From positions 7,750,001 through 7,814,000 of the forward strand of contig CP158635.1 of assembly GCA_050273025.1 (NCBI GenBank): a stretch of DNA of 64,000 nt, written 5' to 3'. Source of the stretch: Cenococcum geophilum (taxonomy: Eukaryota). The first letter of the stretch is position 1. Each line of letters starts with the position of its first letter. Below the pieces are notes generated by a model. The model was not told the DNA's origin. It ran no database searches and saw only the letters and a program-made list of their open reading frames with translations. The position numbers and the translations under genes were made by a program. Below, in pieces: positions 11,801 through 24,000 of this stretch.

Positions 11801-14800
11801 TAGGTCGAATAGCTAGATTACTAGGGAGGATTAGGTTAAATGTAGGATGTGGAATAGAAAAGTAGGATTCTTTTTGTCTATCTTTCTAGGTACTAGGCTC
11901 TTGCACTAGAATAAATTTTTTTTTTCCTAAATCCTATTTCTAGTAGGGTTTGCTATACTTTTTGTCTTTTTCCTATATTGTGTTATATAAAGGAGATTTC
12001 TCCCCTAGTTTTAGAAACTAGAGAGATCTCTTCTTCTTCCTATATAGAACTTTTTAAGCTTATACTCATTAATATACTAGCTTAGCTGCTTTAAGAGACT
12101 TACAGTCTTTACTATTAATAAAGTGATTTTCTTTATAATTGCTGTAAAGAGGGGTAGTATGCTTATAAGGTCTTTCTATTATATTATAAGTAGAACAGGA
12201 GTGGTCCTTAGATAAATATACCGCTGCACAAAATTAATAGGCCTTAGTAGAGCATCTATCTCCTATATAGCCAAATTTTTGGCAACTTGTACACTGTGTA
12301 GTAGGAGAGACTTTTAGGTATTTAACTACCTTAGCAGCTACCCCTGCAATTAGGATTTCCTTCTGCTTAAGGATTTCCTATCTTTTCTCCCTATTTTCTA
12401 TAGTAAAGACTATAGAGCCGAACCTAGTTTATGGATTATATCTCTTTTCCCTAGATGAGATCCATCTAGGTAATCCCTGTATTCTAATAGAATTAAAAGT
12501 CTCTATTTCTTCTTTCAGAAGTTTAGAGCCTCTTTCTCCTAGGAAAGGGGAGATAGGGACGCCGTAAGCTACTACCTAAGCCCAGGGCTCTAGTTTTTGT
12601 TCCCTTTTAAAAGAGAAGCAGTTAGACCAGATTTCCTTATATTTAACTAAATACTCTGTATCGTATTCTTCTGTAGTTATAAGGAGAATATTCTACTTTT
12701 TTCTAGTTCTAGCTATGGTAGCTATTACTGGCTTCTTTATTTGCAGTTTAGATATAAATAGTTAATTAACTTAATTTTGTAAAGAGAAGACATCTAGAGG
12801 CTGGTTTTTTTAGTCTGTAACTAGGACTAGTCTCCTTTTTTATAACTGCTTCTTTTTTCCTCTAGTAGAGGTAGAGCTAGTAGAACTAGTAGGGGGAGAG
12901 GGAGAGGTAGTAGAGGAAGAGGTAGTAGAAGAAGGAGCAAAAGTAGAAGAAGAGAGGCCCTTCTTTAGCTTCTTTACGTAGGTTTGCGTTTTTAGGGCTA
13001 CCTCCTTACGGAGAGCTCTTACTTCTTCTACTAGTCCTTTTAGGACATCTCTTTCCTTTCTTTCCTTTTCTTTTATAAAGGGATTTTCTTCTCCTAGGAC
13101 ACTCTGTACGTAGTCCCCTAGTAATTTAACTTACTCTTTTTCTTTTTTTCTTCTTTTAGCCCTATATAGGCCTGGTTTAGGTTATATAGAGCCATTTATA
13201 GGTGCTGTTTTGGAGAAGAGGTAGAGGAAGGTATACTAGCCGAAATAGGCTTAGGTATTAGTAGCCTTCTTCTTTAATTTTAGTTCTCTTTTCTATTTTT
13301 AGAAGAAGATTGCCTTCTTTTCCTTCTATTCTTTTTCTCTACGTCCTCCCTAAATAGGCAGGGAGAAGGTAGGAGAGAAGAAGAAGAGAAGGTAGGTAAG
13401 GTAGGTAAGGTAGGTAAGGCAGCTAAGAATTCGTCCTCGCTTATCTCTATAGTGTCTTTACCTCTAAAAGGCTTAGTAGCCTAAGGTTCTCCTATCCTAA
13501 ATAGGCTAGAGTAAGAGGGGAAAAGGAAAGTGAATTCGTTATCACTTATCTCTGTATTATTGTCTTTAGGAGGCTTTTTAGGCTTAGTAGCCTAAGGATT
13601 CTTTAATATTTTATAGGGGGGGTTTCCTAGTTTTTTTAGTAGATAATAACCTCCTTAGGTCTCTTATCTCCTAGTTCTAAAGGTAAAAAACTAGGCAAAA
13701 AGCCTTGCTAGTTTTTACTATCCTTTTTTACCTTTTCTTCTTACTAATCCTACTAGAGAATTTCTAGGGAGACTAGGCTAGAAGGTAGTAGAAAAACTAG
13801 CTAAAAAAGACTAGCGTAGTTATTTTCTTTTCCCTTTAGAAGTAGAAAAAACTACTAAAAAAAAAGGACTTGTTAGGCTTTTGCTAGCAGAAAAGCCCTA
13901 AAGGCAATCCTCCTCTTACTAAGGAAAGTCTGACTAAAAGAGATATAGAAAAGTACCTACACCCCCTATTTTATTAGGCTTTTACTTTCTATAGAAGAAA
14001 AACCTAGGAAAAGTCTATATTTTGTAGTTTTGGTATTAGTAGTAGTAGTATTAGTAGTAGTTTTGGTGTTCTTGTCCGTGCTTCGCTTATACGCTAGGAC
14101 CCCTTTTACTAAGGCCTCTATCGCAAAATAAAGGGGGTAATAAGGGGAATAAGTCTACCTCTAGCTCGCTAGGTAGGCAGAATTAGGTCTTAGGAGTTAG
14201 GAAAACAACAGTTTTTAATGGTAAGATGGGTATGCGTAAGTTTGGAAGTGCGGCGCTACCTTTTGGTAAGGTTGCATGTACTTATCTTCTTTACTTATTA
14301 TAGTAATAGCGATATTCTTAGCTTATATCCATAATTCGCCTTAAATAGTAATATGCCCATTCCGTTTTATAGTGTTATATTATATATAAACCGTATAACT
14401 GGTAATAATAATACCTAATTATTCTATGCGTAATTAATATAATGCCTTAGATACTGTTCTAGTGTTTAATTTAATCTTTCTATCTAACTATCTGTCTGCG
14501 GATAATATATAGTGGAAGTTACTGCTCTAACTCCTTGTTCCGCTAAGAATACCTCCTAAAATACTGTTACGAATCTTAGATCTTTATCTAATATAATTTT
14601 ATTTAGTGCTCTATATCTTATAAACACTTCTTTAATATAGATTCTAGCGACGTCTTCTGCTAATATTTCCTCTGTGTATACTATAAAGTATCCCTACTTT
14701 ATAAGCTTATCTACTATTACTAAGATTACGTTATAATCTTATCCAGTAATAGGATCTTTTAATTTTAACAACTTAATAATAAAGTCCTATAATATAACCT

Positions 14801-16127
14801 CCTATAGTCTCTCTGGTATTTTAATAGATTATAGCCCTCTATATAGCTTATACCTTATTAGTTTATTTTCTAGTAATCTAAATATTCTTTTATAACTTTT
14901 CGCGCTAAACCCTAAATTCCGTTAATAATGTACTCCTTTTAGAGTCTTAATACTATGCCCGTGGATCTATTATGTCCTTAAGTTATTCCTTTATAGAAAT
15001 CTTCTATAAATTGTTCTGCTATACTTCTTAGGATATACTTTACTTTTTAATTTTTATATATATCTGTTTGTGGATTTTCTAGTTATACTTCTAGAATTCT
15101 TTATACCTAAAAGCTTTTTAGTGACTTATAAACTCTATCTAGTTCTTCTTAAGTTGCTATAATTTTTAGATAATTATACCTAATTAATCCGTCTATATCT
15201 TTTTATAGTAAAGCCCCTAATAGCTTTTCATTATTTTATAGTTTAGCCTTTTAACTTAGAGTATCTGCTCGCGTATTATCTGTACCCTTAGTATACTAAA
15301 TCTCGAAATAGTATTTTGTAAGTATCTCTGCCTATCTAACCTATCTTTAGTTAAGTTCCTTTATTATTAGAAATCCTATTAGGTTTTTATAATCCATTTT
15401 AACTATAAATAGTTTTTCTATACCTTATAAGAATGCTCTCTATTTCTTTAATGCTATAACTATACCTAATAACTCCTTATTGTAGATGTTATAGTTTAAC
15501 TCTAGTAGTGTTATTTTCCGACTATAGTATGCTACTAGATGCTATCCGTTTTAATATTTTTATATAAAGTATGCCCCTAGTATATAGTCTAATATATTTA
15601 TCTCCACAACTGTTTCTAGTCCTAGTTAATATATCTTAAGAACTGGCTCCTAGGTAAACAATCTTTTAACTTTTTTAAAGAGTTTCCTTTACTCCTCTTC
15701 CTATACCTATAGTTCTTCTTTCTTCGTTAATTATATAAATGGTTTAATGTCCTTTAACCATTACGCTATTAACCTTCTATAGTAATTACAAAACCCTAAA
15801 AACGATCTTAACTATATAACGTTCTCTAGTTCCTACTAATTTACTATAGCCTCAATCTTCTTTAGATCTATACTAAGTTAGCCTAGTTTAATAATAAATC
15901 TAACAAAATCGGTCTTTCTAGTAAAGAACTTATATTTCTTAATTGCTACTAGCATTTATTCTTCTTATAGTCTCCTTAAGACCTATTTAATATATTCTCC
16001 ATACTCTTCCTCTGTTATTAAGTAGATAATAATATTATTAAGGTATACTATAATAAATTTATCTAAGTGTTCTCCTAATACATTGTTAATACGCTTCTGG
16101 AATATTACTAGTACGTTTATAAGCCCG

Positions 16128-16213
16128 GGCCGTCGAAAACGGACTCTGCACCTGTATGTGGTGACGGCTACGAACCTAGGTCTTCGAAGTTCAGACTCAG
16201 AGCCAACGCAGAG
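16128..16213 (+). ncRNA. HDV-like self-cleaving ribozyme (predicted)
   Basis: P1 GGCCGTC/GACGGCT (G1.U wobble); P2 CTCTGC/GCAGAG; P3 ACC/GGT; L3 TGTATGT; P1.1 GT/AC; J4/2 C(16203)CAA. Confidence 0.8.
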
Positions 16214-17148
16214 ACGTTGTATAGCGTGCGATAGGACCTAGTGGTCGTGGTTATGAGCGTTATAGGCGGTAGTGAAAATTTTTCAGATAGTGAGATCTCG
16301 AAAACCACTACTGTGGCCCTCTACAATTCAGCTACGCTATTCTTCTATTAAGGCACCTATATAATCCAATGTAGATATACAGCATTTAATAGCATCCCCC
16401 GACCCCCAATAGAAAGCATTAACGACCTCTTATATTAATAAACGAGTAATCGCAAATGAATAAGCAGACGAATAAGCAAATATACGGCCCCTCCTAACCC
16501 CTAGGGCGATCGCCCGCGGAGCATGCGGTCACTTACCGTTTTTTCTACCAAATACTACCTAGCAGCCTGGATTGCAACCCACGGTTTTCCCTGTCTTCTT
16601 TTAACGGAGTGGTGATCCTTAGAAAGGGCCTAGCTAGGGCCTAGGCATAAAAAATACCCAAATATAACACAATATCCCGCTCGCTTATTAGTATTACGGT
16701 GGTTAGAACGGATAAATCCCCCTTACGCCTTTAATAGGCCCTAGGGGGGGGAAGGCATGGCGTATATAGTAATAGTTAGACAAGAAATAGCATATAGGGG
16801 ATGGCCAAGATATGGGAAACAGTAGTACGGCAATCAATTAGCAAGGCCTAGCTAGGACGTAGTAAACCCTAGCTAGGGTAAGCTAGAGAAGGAAGCAGTA
16901 GTTCCTAAGGAGTTCAAACATCTAAGGAGGACAGGACGTAGCCGTAGACCCGTAGGGCCGCCGCTACGGACGGACATGGCAAATTGGGGTTTTTCATCCT
17001 ACTAAGGTGGCTTATAGGGTTTTTCCTCCCCCCTAGCAGCAAGGGTTTTTTCCCGTTAATATTACTTTTCCCTTATATACGGAGTAGTCTGTATGGGGCT
17101 AAATAGCATCTATATCAGACGTTAATCAAAGAATTATTATTATTATTA
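16128..17148 (+). mobile_element. Non-coding ribozyme-headed retroposon copy 1 (subfamily A)
   Basis: 11-bp TSD TTATAAGCCCG (16117-16127 / 17149-17159); (TTA)n tail ~17133-17150; interrupts the Gypsy-A RT; homologous to 50333-51346; no ORF in the track. Confidence 0.9.
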
Positions 17149-20100
17149 TTATAAGCCCGAATTATATAACTAATAGTTTATATAGTCCTTCCTTTAACCT
17201 AAAGGCTGCCTTTTATTTATTGCCTTCCTTAATCCTAATCTAATAGTACGCCCATCTTAGATCTATTTTTATAAAAATTTGCGCATTGCCTATCCTATCT
17301 TAGATTTCGCTAATTAAGGGTAAAGGATACCTATCCTTCCTAGTAATGCTGTTTAACTATCTATAGTTAATACATAGCCTTAGTTTACTATTCTTCTTTA
17401 GTATAAATAGTACTAGATAACCCGCTAATAACTACAATGGTCTAATATATCCCTTTTGTAGGTTTTCCTAGACAAACTCTTTTAGTGCTCTCCCTTCTTC
17501 TTTAGTAAGCTTATAGATTGGAAAGAACTTTAAACTTATTCCCAGTTCCAATTCTATCTTATAGTCCTATACTGTATACTTTAATAGCTTTTTACTTTCT
17601 GGTGACTATAGTTTCTTGCTATACTTATGGTATCTCTTTAGTATATAGCTTAATCCTTTTTCCGTTTCTTTATAGGTTGCTTCTACTTAATACTATACTA
17701 ACTTAGCTTATTGTTGTATTTTACGGCGTTAAGTATTTTTAATATTGACCTAACCTATAACTTAATCGATCTTTAGATTGTATTCCTATAACTAAGGCAT
17801 CCCTAGTACTACCTTATTATTCCCTAATAGTAATATATTAAAAGACGTCTTAATTTATCTCCCTTTAATAGTTAGCTAAATAGGTCCTATTTTAAGGTTA
17901 ATAATGCCTCCTCCGTAGGCTATCGGATCTCCTAAAATTGTTATTAATAGGTAAGGTTGCTCCCTTTATCTATGCGGTAATCCTATTTTCTTAACTACTG
18001 TTAGTAAGATGTGGTTCCTTATTGCTCTACTATCTATTAATACCTTAAACTGTTAATCTTACTACTTAACTTATAAATTTAGGTGTCGTCCTTAAATTCC
18101 TTTAAGGGTTTAAGGCTCTACTACTGGTTCCCTCTGGTCCTATAGGCCTCTACTTTTCCTAACTATTGGCTGCTTAATCCTATTTATACTTAGTCCCTCT
18201 TTAGCTAATACTTAGTTCGCTTTTTATCTTTAATGTATTATAAACACGTATTTTCTAGGTATTCCTACCACTATTATCCGTCTAGGTATTCTTCCGTAAG
18301 GAATCTTCCTAGTTAAAGTATTAAGTCCCCTTAGCTTTATACTTCTACTAGGTGCTAACTATATATATACTTAGCGTTTCTATATTTCGCCTTATCTAAT
18401 AACTAATACATCCTCTTTAGGTACTTTCGGTTCTTATCTTTTAGTGCTCTATATATGTTATATATATCGTCTATATATGCGATCTATGCTAATATATAGT
18501 ATGCTAGGTGTTTTAGGTTAACTCTTAGCTCGTCTTTATCCCTAAGTTTAAATCTTTCTCGTATTAATTTAAGCGTTGCAACTTTATTTATAGGTATTAT
18601 AATTTGCCTCTCACTTCTCTAGTCCTCTAATTGCTCCTTTAGATCTTTTAATATTATAATTAAGGCTCCTTTAATATAACTTATAGCTTTTTCTATAATT
18701 AGGTGGTCTTGGACAACTTTTTTATCTAACTATATATAGAAATTTTTCCACTCGTCGTTATGTCTTTATCTATACCACTTTTAGTATAACCCTTTAAGTA
18801 TATACGGCTTATCCGTAAAGAAGTATCTTCTTATTACTATATTATAACAGCCTTTAGTATATTATTCCTTAAACTTAATTAGGATTCCTAGATCCTCTTC
18901 TTGCTCTAGTTTAGTAAGCTACTTAGCTTTTAGTGTGCCCGTCCTAGGCCTATTAGTAATTCTTTATACTAGTGCTCTATCTCTTATACGTCCTAATATA
19001 CTAGATCTCTTATCTAGTTTCTAATCTTACTATAAGGTAATTCTTGCCCTAAATTCCTTTATGGTTTCTTTTCTTTCGCGTCTTATAAGTGGATCCTTAA
19101 AGTCTTCCTACTTCTTAATCTTGGTATTAGTTTTTTAATCCTTAGGCTAAATACTGTATTCCCCTAGTAAGTCCTCTAGGTCTATATATCTGTCTCCTAG
19201 TCTAACTACTGTTTATACTACAGATTCTCTAACCTATAAAGAAGCTCCTTACCTCTTACTTATGGGTGTCCTTATTTATTCTCTAAATTCTTAGTCCCTT
19301 AGATTCTTTAATTCTAAGCTTGCTTCTGTCTTAAGCTTTACTCCTACCTTAGTCTAACTAGGCTTAGGTATTCTTATCTCGTCTTAAGAGTCTTAAATCT
19401 TACTTATCTTATCTTAAAAGTCTTATGCTTATAGGAAACTCTATCCCGAGCTTATTTATATATCTTTAAACTAAGCTACTGCTCTACTCTATTAGTTTCT
19501 ATTTATTATAGGTCCTTAAGCTTACCTTATCTCATCTTAAGAGTCTTAGTCGTCTTTTATTTTATCTTAAGAATCTTAAGCCTTTGGCCTTTTGCCTTTA
19601 TTAAGTGCCGAAGTAGTTTGCTATTCTACTTCTCTTACGTCTTACAAAGCGATAGACATTATGTCTAGCGGGGTCTTAATCCCTACTAATGTTCCCTATT
19701 CTATAGTGGAATTATCCTTTACCTCTTATATAACATCTCTAAGGTCTACATACTCCTAGTAAGCCGCCTTTATTAAATTTATCGTCCTTAATATCCAATC
19801 TACAAACTGGTTCGTTAGTTCCTCTATACTTTATAAGTATTAACTCCTATAGCCAATAGCTCGCGCTATACTTAGCGTTTTTATAAATCTAATATACGTT
19901 ATTATAATAAAACGCGAAACTCCTAATTAAATATTCTTTTATTCCTTGCAGTACACTATTATCCCTCTATACGTATATGTCTTCCACTATTAGTCTGGTT
20001 TCCTTTATTACATAGTATCTCTAACTATCTTTATAATCCCTCGCGAAGTGACCTTATTTCTCGCAATTTATATAAACTCCCTTTTTAAACTACTGATTTT

Positions 20101-21125
20101 GCTATAGAGTCCGCCTAAACGTCTTCTGCTACTAAGATCCCTAATTTAGCCTCTACTTCTTAGTCCTATAATTACTAAATTCTTAACCTCTAGGTTTCTA
20201 TAGTTTCTTACTCCATTTCTTATAGGCTTCTTTAGTACCGCTTAGGTTTATTAGCTTTACGCTATACCATAGTTTCTAACTTAGCTTTAGTCGTTGCGTA
20301 CTTTGCGTTTTTATATAACTATAGAACTCTATTCTAACCTCTCTTAGCCTATTCCCTTTGGTAGATCCAATTATTAATCTTAATCGCTTAATCTATTAGC
20401 TCTCTTAGGGTATCCGCATCTTCTATTAAGATAATTACATCCTAGACTTTAGCCTTAAGTTCTTACTTATACTATACTATAAGCGCCTTATTATTCCACT
20501 CTACTTATATTACTAACGTCTAGAACTACGTTATATACTTAATTATTAAAGTTCGTTATATAATGTCTTAGAGTTTTCTTTCCGCTATAGTTACTACCTT
20601 TAGGTCTCTAAACATTTGTATAAGTTACTCCGTAAACCCTTTCTAGCTTACGAATATAAACCGTACTTCTTAATTAGTAGTCGTTATTCTATTCACCTAT
20701 ATTTCTATAAGGTAAGGCTTAAACTACTTAAGTGCCCTTCCTAATAGGAATAATCCCGCATATGCTATTTAATCTATAGGTGTTAGTAGCTTGGCTCCTT
20801 CTTGCATAACCTTAAAGTATATTTGCGTAAGGAATCCTTTAAGTTTTAATCTTTCTCCTAAGTATCTTTTAATTAATAGTAACTTAATCTTTACTACTCC
20901 TATTCTATTAATCCTATTTTCTAATATCGCATTATTTTCCGTTAGCTAGTTAACTATCTCTTATAGTTGTCTAACCGTTACAGGTTACTATAAGTTAGTG
21001 TCTGCTATACTGGTGTCGTTACCTAACCTTAAAGTAGTTGCCGCCGTCAATAGCGTCGTGGCTGGTGCTTTTGGTGGCATATTGTTTAACTTTCTATATT
21101 TAATACCGTAATTAGGTAGTAATTG

Positions 21126-21549
21126 TATAACGGAACCTTATAGTAAGTACTACAATAGGCTCGTTAATAGGCTAGGTATATAGGTAATGCAAATTAAAGT
21201 TAACAACGTAATAATAACTAGTGGAGTAGTTGCCCAATAGATTAACTCTAATTGTATTTTAAGAATTACTATAAGGAAGGAACTATCTAGGTAGGGACTA
21301 AGGGTCCTTAAATACACAACTGTACTTCTATAAAATCCTTCTTATACGTAATATACGTGTGCTCTATTTACTCTATTACGGATTATATAAATCCTATAGA
21401 TTATATAGATTACGTTATATAACTTTGGTTACTATTCCTCATTATATAGCTCTATTAGCTCCATCCTAGACCGTGCTTAAATTAACTAACTAGCTTCTTC
21501 CGACTCCTCTCCTAGTAGTTGTAATATTGTACTTAAAGCGTTCGTAACA
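21126..21549 (-). repeat. Gypsy-A 5' LTR
   Basis: Direct repeat of 4260-4683. Confidence 0.93.
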
Positions 21550-21554
21550 TTCTC

Positions 21555-24000
21555 TCCTAGTCTACTAATAAAAGGGAACTATAGTAGGGCCTTTAGCTTC
21601 CTATCCGCTATATACGCCTATTTTACTATTCTTTATACTCCTTTAGGGTCTTTTATTAACTTCTTAATAGTATACCTCTATAGTTTATTAGCCTCTTACT
21701 ATATTACCATTTTCTTCTTATTATATATAACTCTATAGTTAATCTAGTTAAGTATTAACTAAGAGGCCTTCTACGCCTAGAAGACCTATTTAGTTTTCTT
21801 TATCTTCTCTATATATTCCTTTAACTACACTTTAAAGGCTTATAGTAAGGGCTATACGCTAGGTACTATCTTTACTATAGTATTCTTAATTACCTAGTAT
21901 ATAGCCTCTATTAACGCGTCTAGTTTGTCTTTTATATTATATAGAAAACTATATAAAGACTAGAGCTAGCCTTTTAGCTTACTCTATACTACCTTCTAAT
22001 TAGCCTTCCTCTATGGCAGTTTCCTAGGTAGTAAAGGCCCCTTTAGCGCCTCTATATCTACTTCTATAGTAATAAAAAAGTAGTTATACTCTATATACTA
22101 ATAGTTCTACCTTTAACTTCATAGGAGCCTATTAGTAATCCAAGGGGAGATATATACTAGATTTAGCGTACTCCTTAATATACCATTTACCTATATCTTT
22201 ATATTTACCTTAGTAGCTAGGCTTAGGCTAGCTGCCGCTATAGTATAGATAAGGTTATCCGCCATATTATTGGCGCTTATTACTACTATACCCTATTAAA
22301 AGGGGTAGTATAGATTAAAATATCCTAATAGTATATATTCTTCTTTAGCTCTTAGTAGTTTTAGTAGTATATAAAGGCTACTATTTATCTATTAGGGGTT
22401 ATAAATATTATAAATTTAAATAGTCCGCTTATGGCCCTCTAGCTTAATTATATATATATCTATTAAGTAGTATATAGGCGCCTACTTATTTATATAGAAA
22501 TAGACCCTTATATTACTAACTCCCGTATATACTAAGTAGTAAGACTTTATAATATATATTATATTTCCTTAATCCTTCTACTATAGCTCCTAGATAGCTA
22601 GTATATCTAGCTAGGGGTCTACCTACTCTACCTCCTATAGGAGGTAGGGTAGTACGCTATTACTAGTATTACTAGTATTATACTATATAATTATAAGTAG
22701 TTTTTGGTATCCTAATATAAGAGATTTATACTACCCTCTAAGTTCGCTAAGTTAGTACCCTTTAGCGTTTGTTTACTCCCTTATAATATAGTTTTAAAGC
22801 CTTTAAATACCTCTCTTTAAATCTAGGCTTCTACTTCTACTTTTATATTAAGCTTTATATTTAATAGAGGCTCCTAAGTTACTAGGACTTAAATTAAAGG
22901 GTTTTTATTTAGCCTTTTTCCTTCTTAATAATCTATAGCCGGCTAACCTATTAGGGGACCTTCTCTACCTATATAGTACTCTCCTATATAGCTATCTCCT
23001 TTAGCTTTCTTTTCTTAGTTTATTATAGGGCCTCTTTAGTAGTAATCTTATACTATAGTTATAACTTCTATCCGCTTATAGGCGCTTTATAGATACTAGC
23101 GTAGTATATTAGCGTAAAGGCTCTAATTACTATAGCCTTCTCTTACTATATTTGCTTAACGCTATATGCCCTACTTTATACTTTATAGTCTATCTTATAG
23201 TTAATATACTTCTTAGTTAGGTCTTCTATACACTTGCTAGTATTATATTACCCAGCGTAGTATCTATATCTAGCCTCTCTTCTATAGCTCTTAGCTATAT
23301 AGTTAAAGCCCTAATATTTAAAGTACTATATTACTAGAAATGTCGTCTTATACCTTATAACTAGGTAGTAGTCTCCTTCTAGGAAGGGGCCCTAATTAAA
23401 TAGTATATTTACTATCTCCTCTAACTATACGCCTATAATAAGCGACAATTTAGCCTTTTTTCCTATTTAGACTCTTTTTAGCCCTTTCTACGCTAGCCTT
23501 TCTACTATAAGCCCCGCTATAGTATATTCTACTTTATAATATCCTCTATTATCTACTTTACCCCTAGGCCCTAAATAGTAAGGCTTATAGGTACCACGTA
23601 GACCTCTATTAGTACTAGCGGTATAGCTAGTATAGTAGAGCGCCCTAAGACCTTTATTTACCCTATTTCTTATAGTAACCTATCTTTTATATCTTTATCT
23701 ATAACGTACACCCTAATATTACTACTCTATAACTTCTTTATAGCCTTATATTTTATAGGTATCTAGGGGTTCTATAGCTTAAAGCTTATATACTAAGGCT
23801 TAGCTATTCTACTTTAAGGTTTCCTTATAGTTAGTAACGTCGCCTATATAAATTATAATCTTATATACTTTTATAGGTTTATAGGTAACTTATTTTATAG
23901 CTTAGGGCATTATAAGAATAGTAGTAGTAATATATATATATAAAGCGAACCTATAGATGCCGGTCCACTCTTTATAGCTATTATTACGGCCCTTTAGAGG
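21555..24000 (-). mobile_element. LINE-A 5' part: endonuclease and ORF1 with Cys/His knuckles; 5' end not located
   Basis: Continues after the Gypsy-A TSD (TTCTC). De-RIPed QCFKCQGFNH and RCGYCAG.H...C motifs at ~23230-23330; endonuclease-like QEP/GxFN region at ~22300-22640. Confidence 0.7.

Larger units (their letters stand above)
5968..14278 (-). mobile_element. Full-length Tad1-like LINE (LINE-B): ORF1 and ORF2 (endonuclease, RT, RNase H), poly(A) tail
   Basis: 11-bp TSD TACTTATCTTC (5957-5967 / 14279-14289); poly(T) on + at ~5969-5987. ORF1 knuckle QCTSCQKFG(H) at ~12270-12300; endonuclease LVQEP ~11900; RT YMDDFAI ~9810-9830 and GIP(Q)GSPISP ~9895-9925; RNase H YTDGSK ~7172-7190. Confidence 0.93.
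4260..21549 (-). mobile_element. Ty3/Gypsy LTR retrotransposon (Gypsy-A), full length, RIP-degenerate, hosts LINE-B and a ribozyme-headed retroposon
   Basis: 424-bp LTRs at 4260-4683 and 21126-21549; 5-bp TSD TTCTC (4255-4259 / 21550-21554). gag ATG at 21080 (MPPKAP..). RT motifs ~15800-17500, with (M)QFGL(T)N split by the insertion at 16128 and YLDDI at ~16035. RNase H ~15300-15600; integrase ~14400-14950 and ~5600-5960. Confidence 0.93.

Noticed and set aside
14100..14278. Ribozyme at the 5' end of LINE-B
   Set aside because: Could not fold an HDV-like P1/P2/P3 set by eye
16128..16230. tRNA-derived SINE head or hammerhead ribozyme
   Set aside because: No convincing A/B boxes, cloverleaf or CUGANGA/GAAA core; the HDV-like topology explains the pairings
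16490..16506. CCTAACCCCTA as a telomerase-RNA template
   Set aside because: Not a proper CTAACCCTAA template, and it lies in a multicopy TSD-flanked insert
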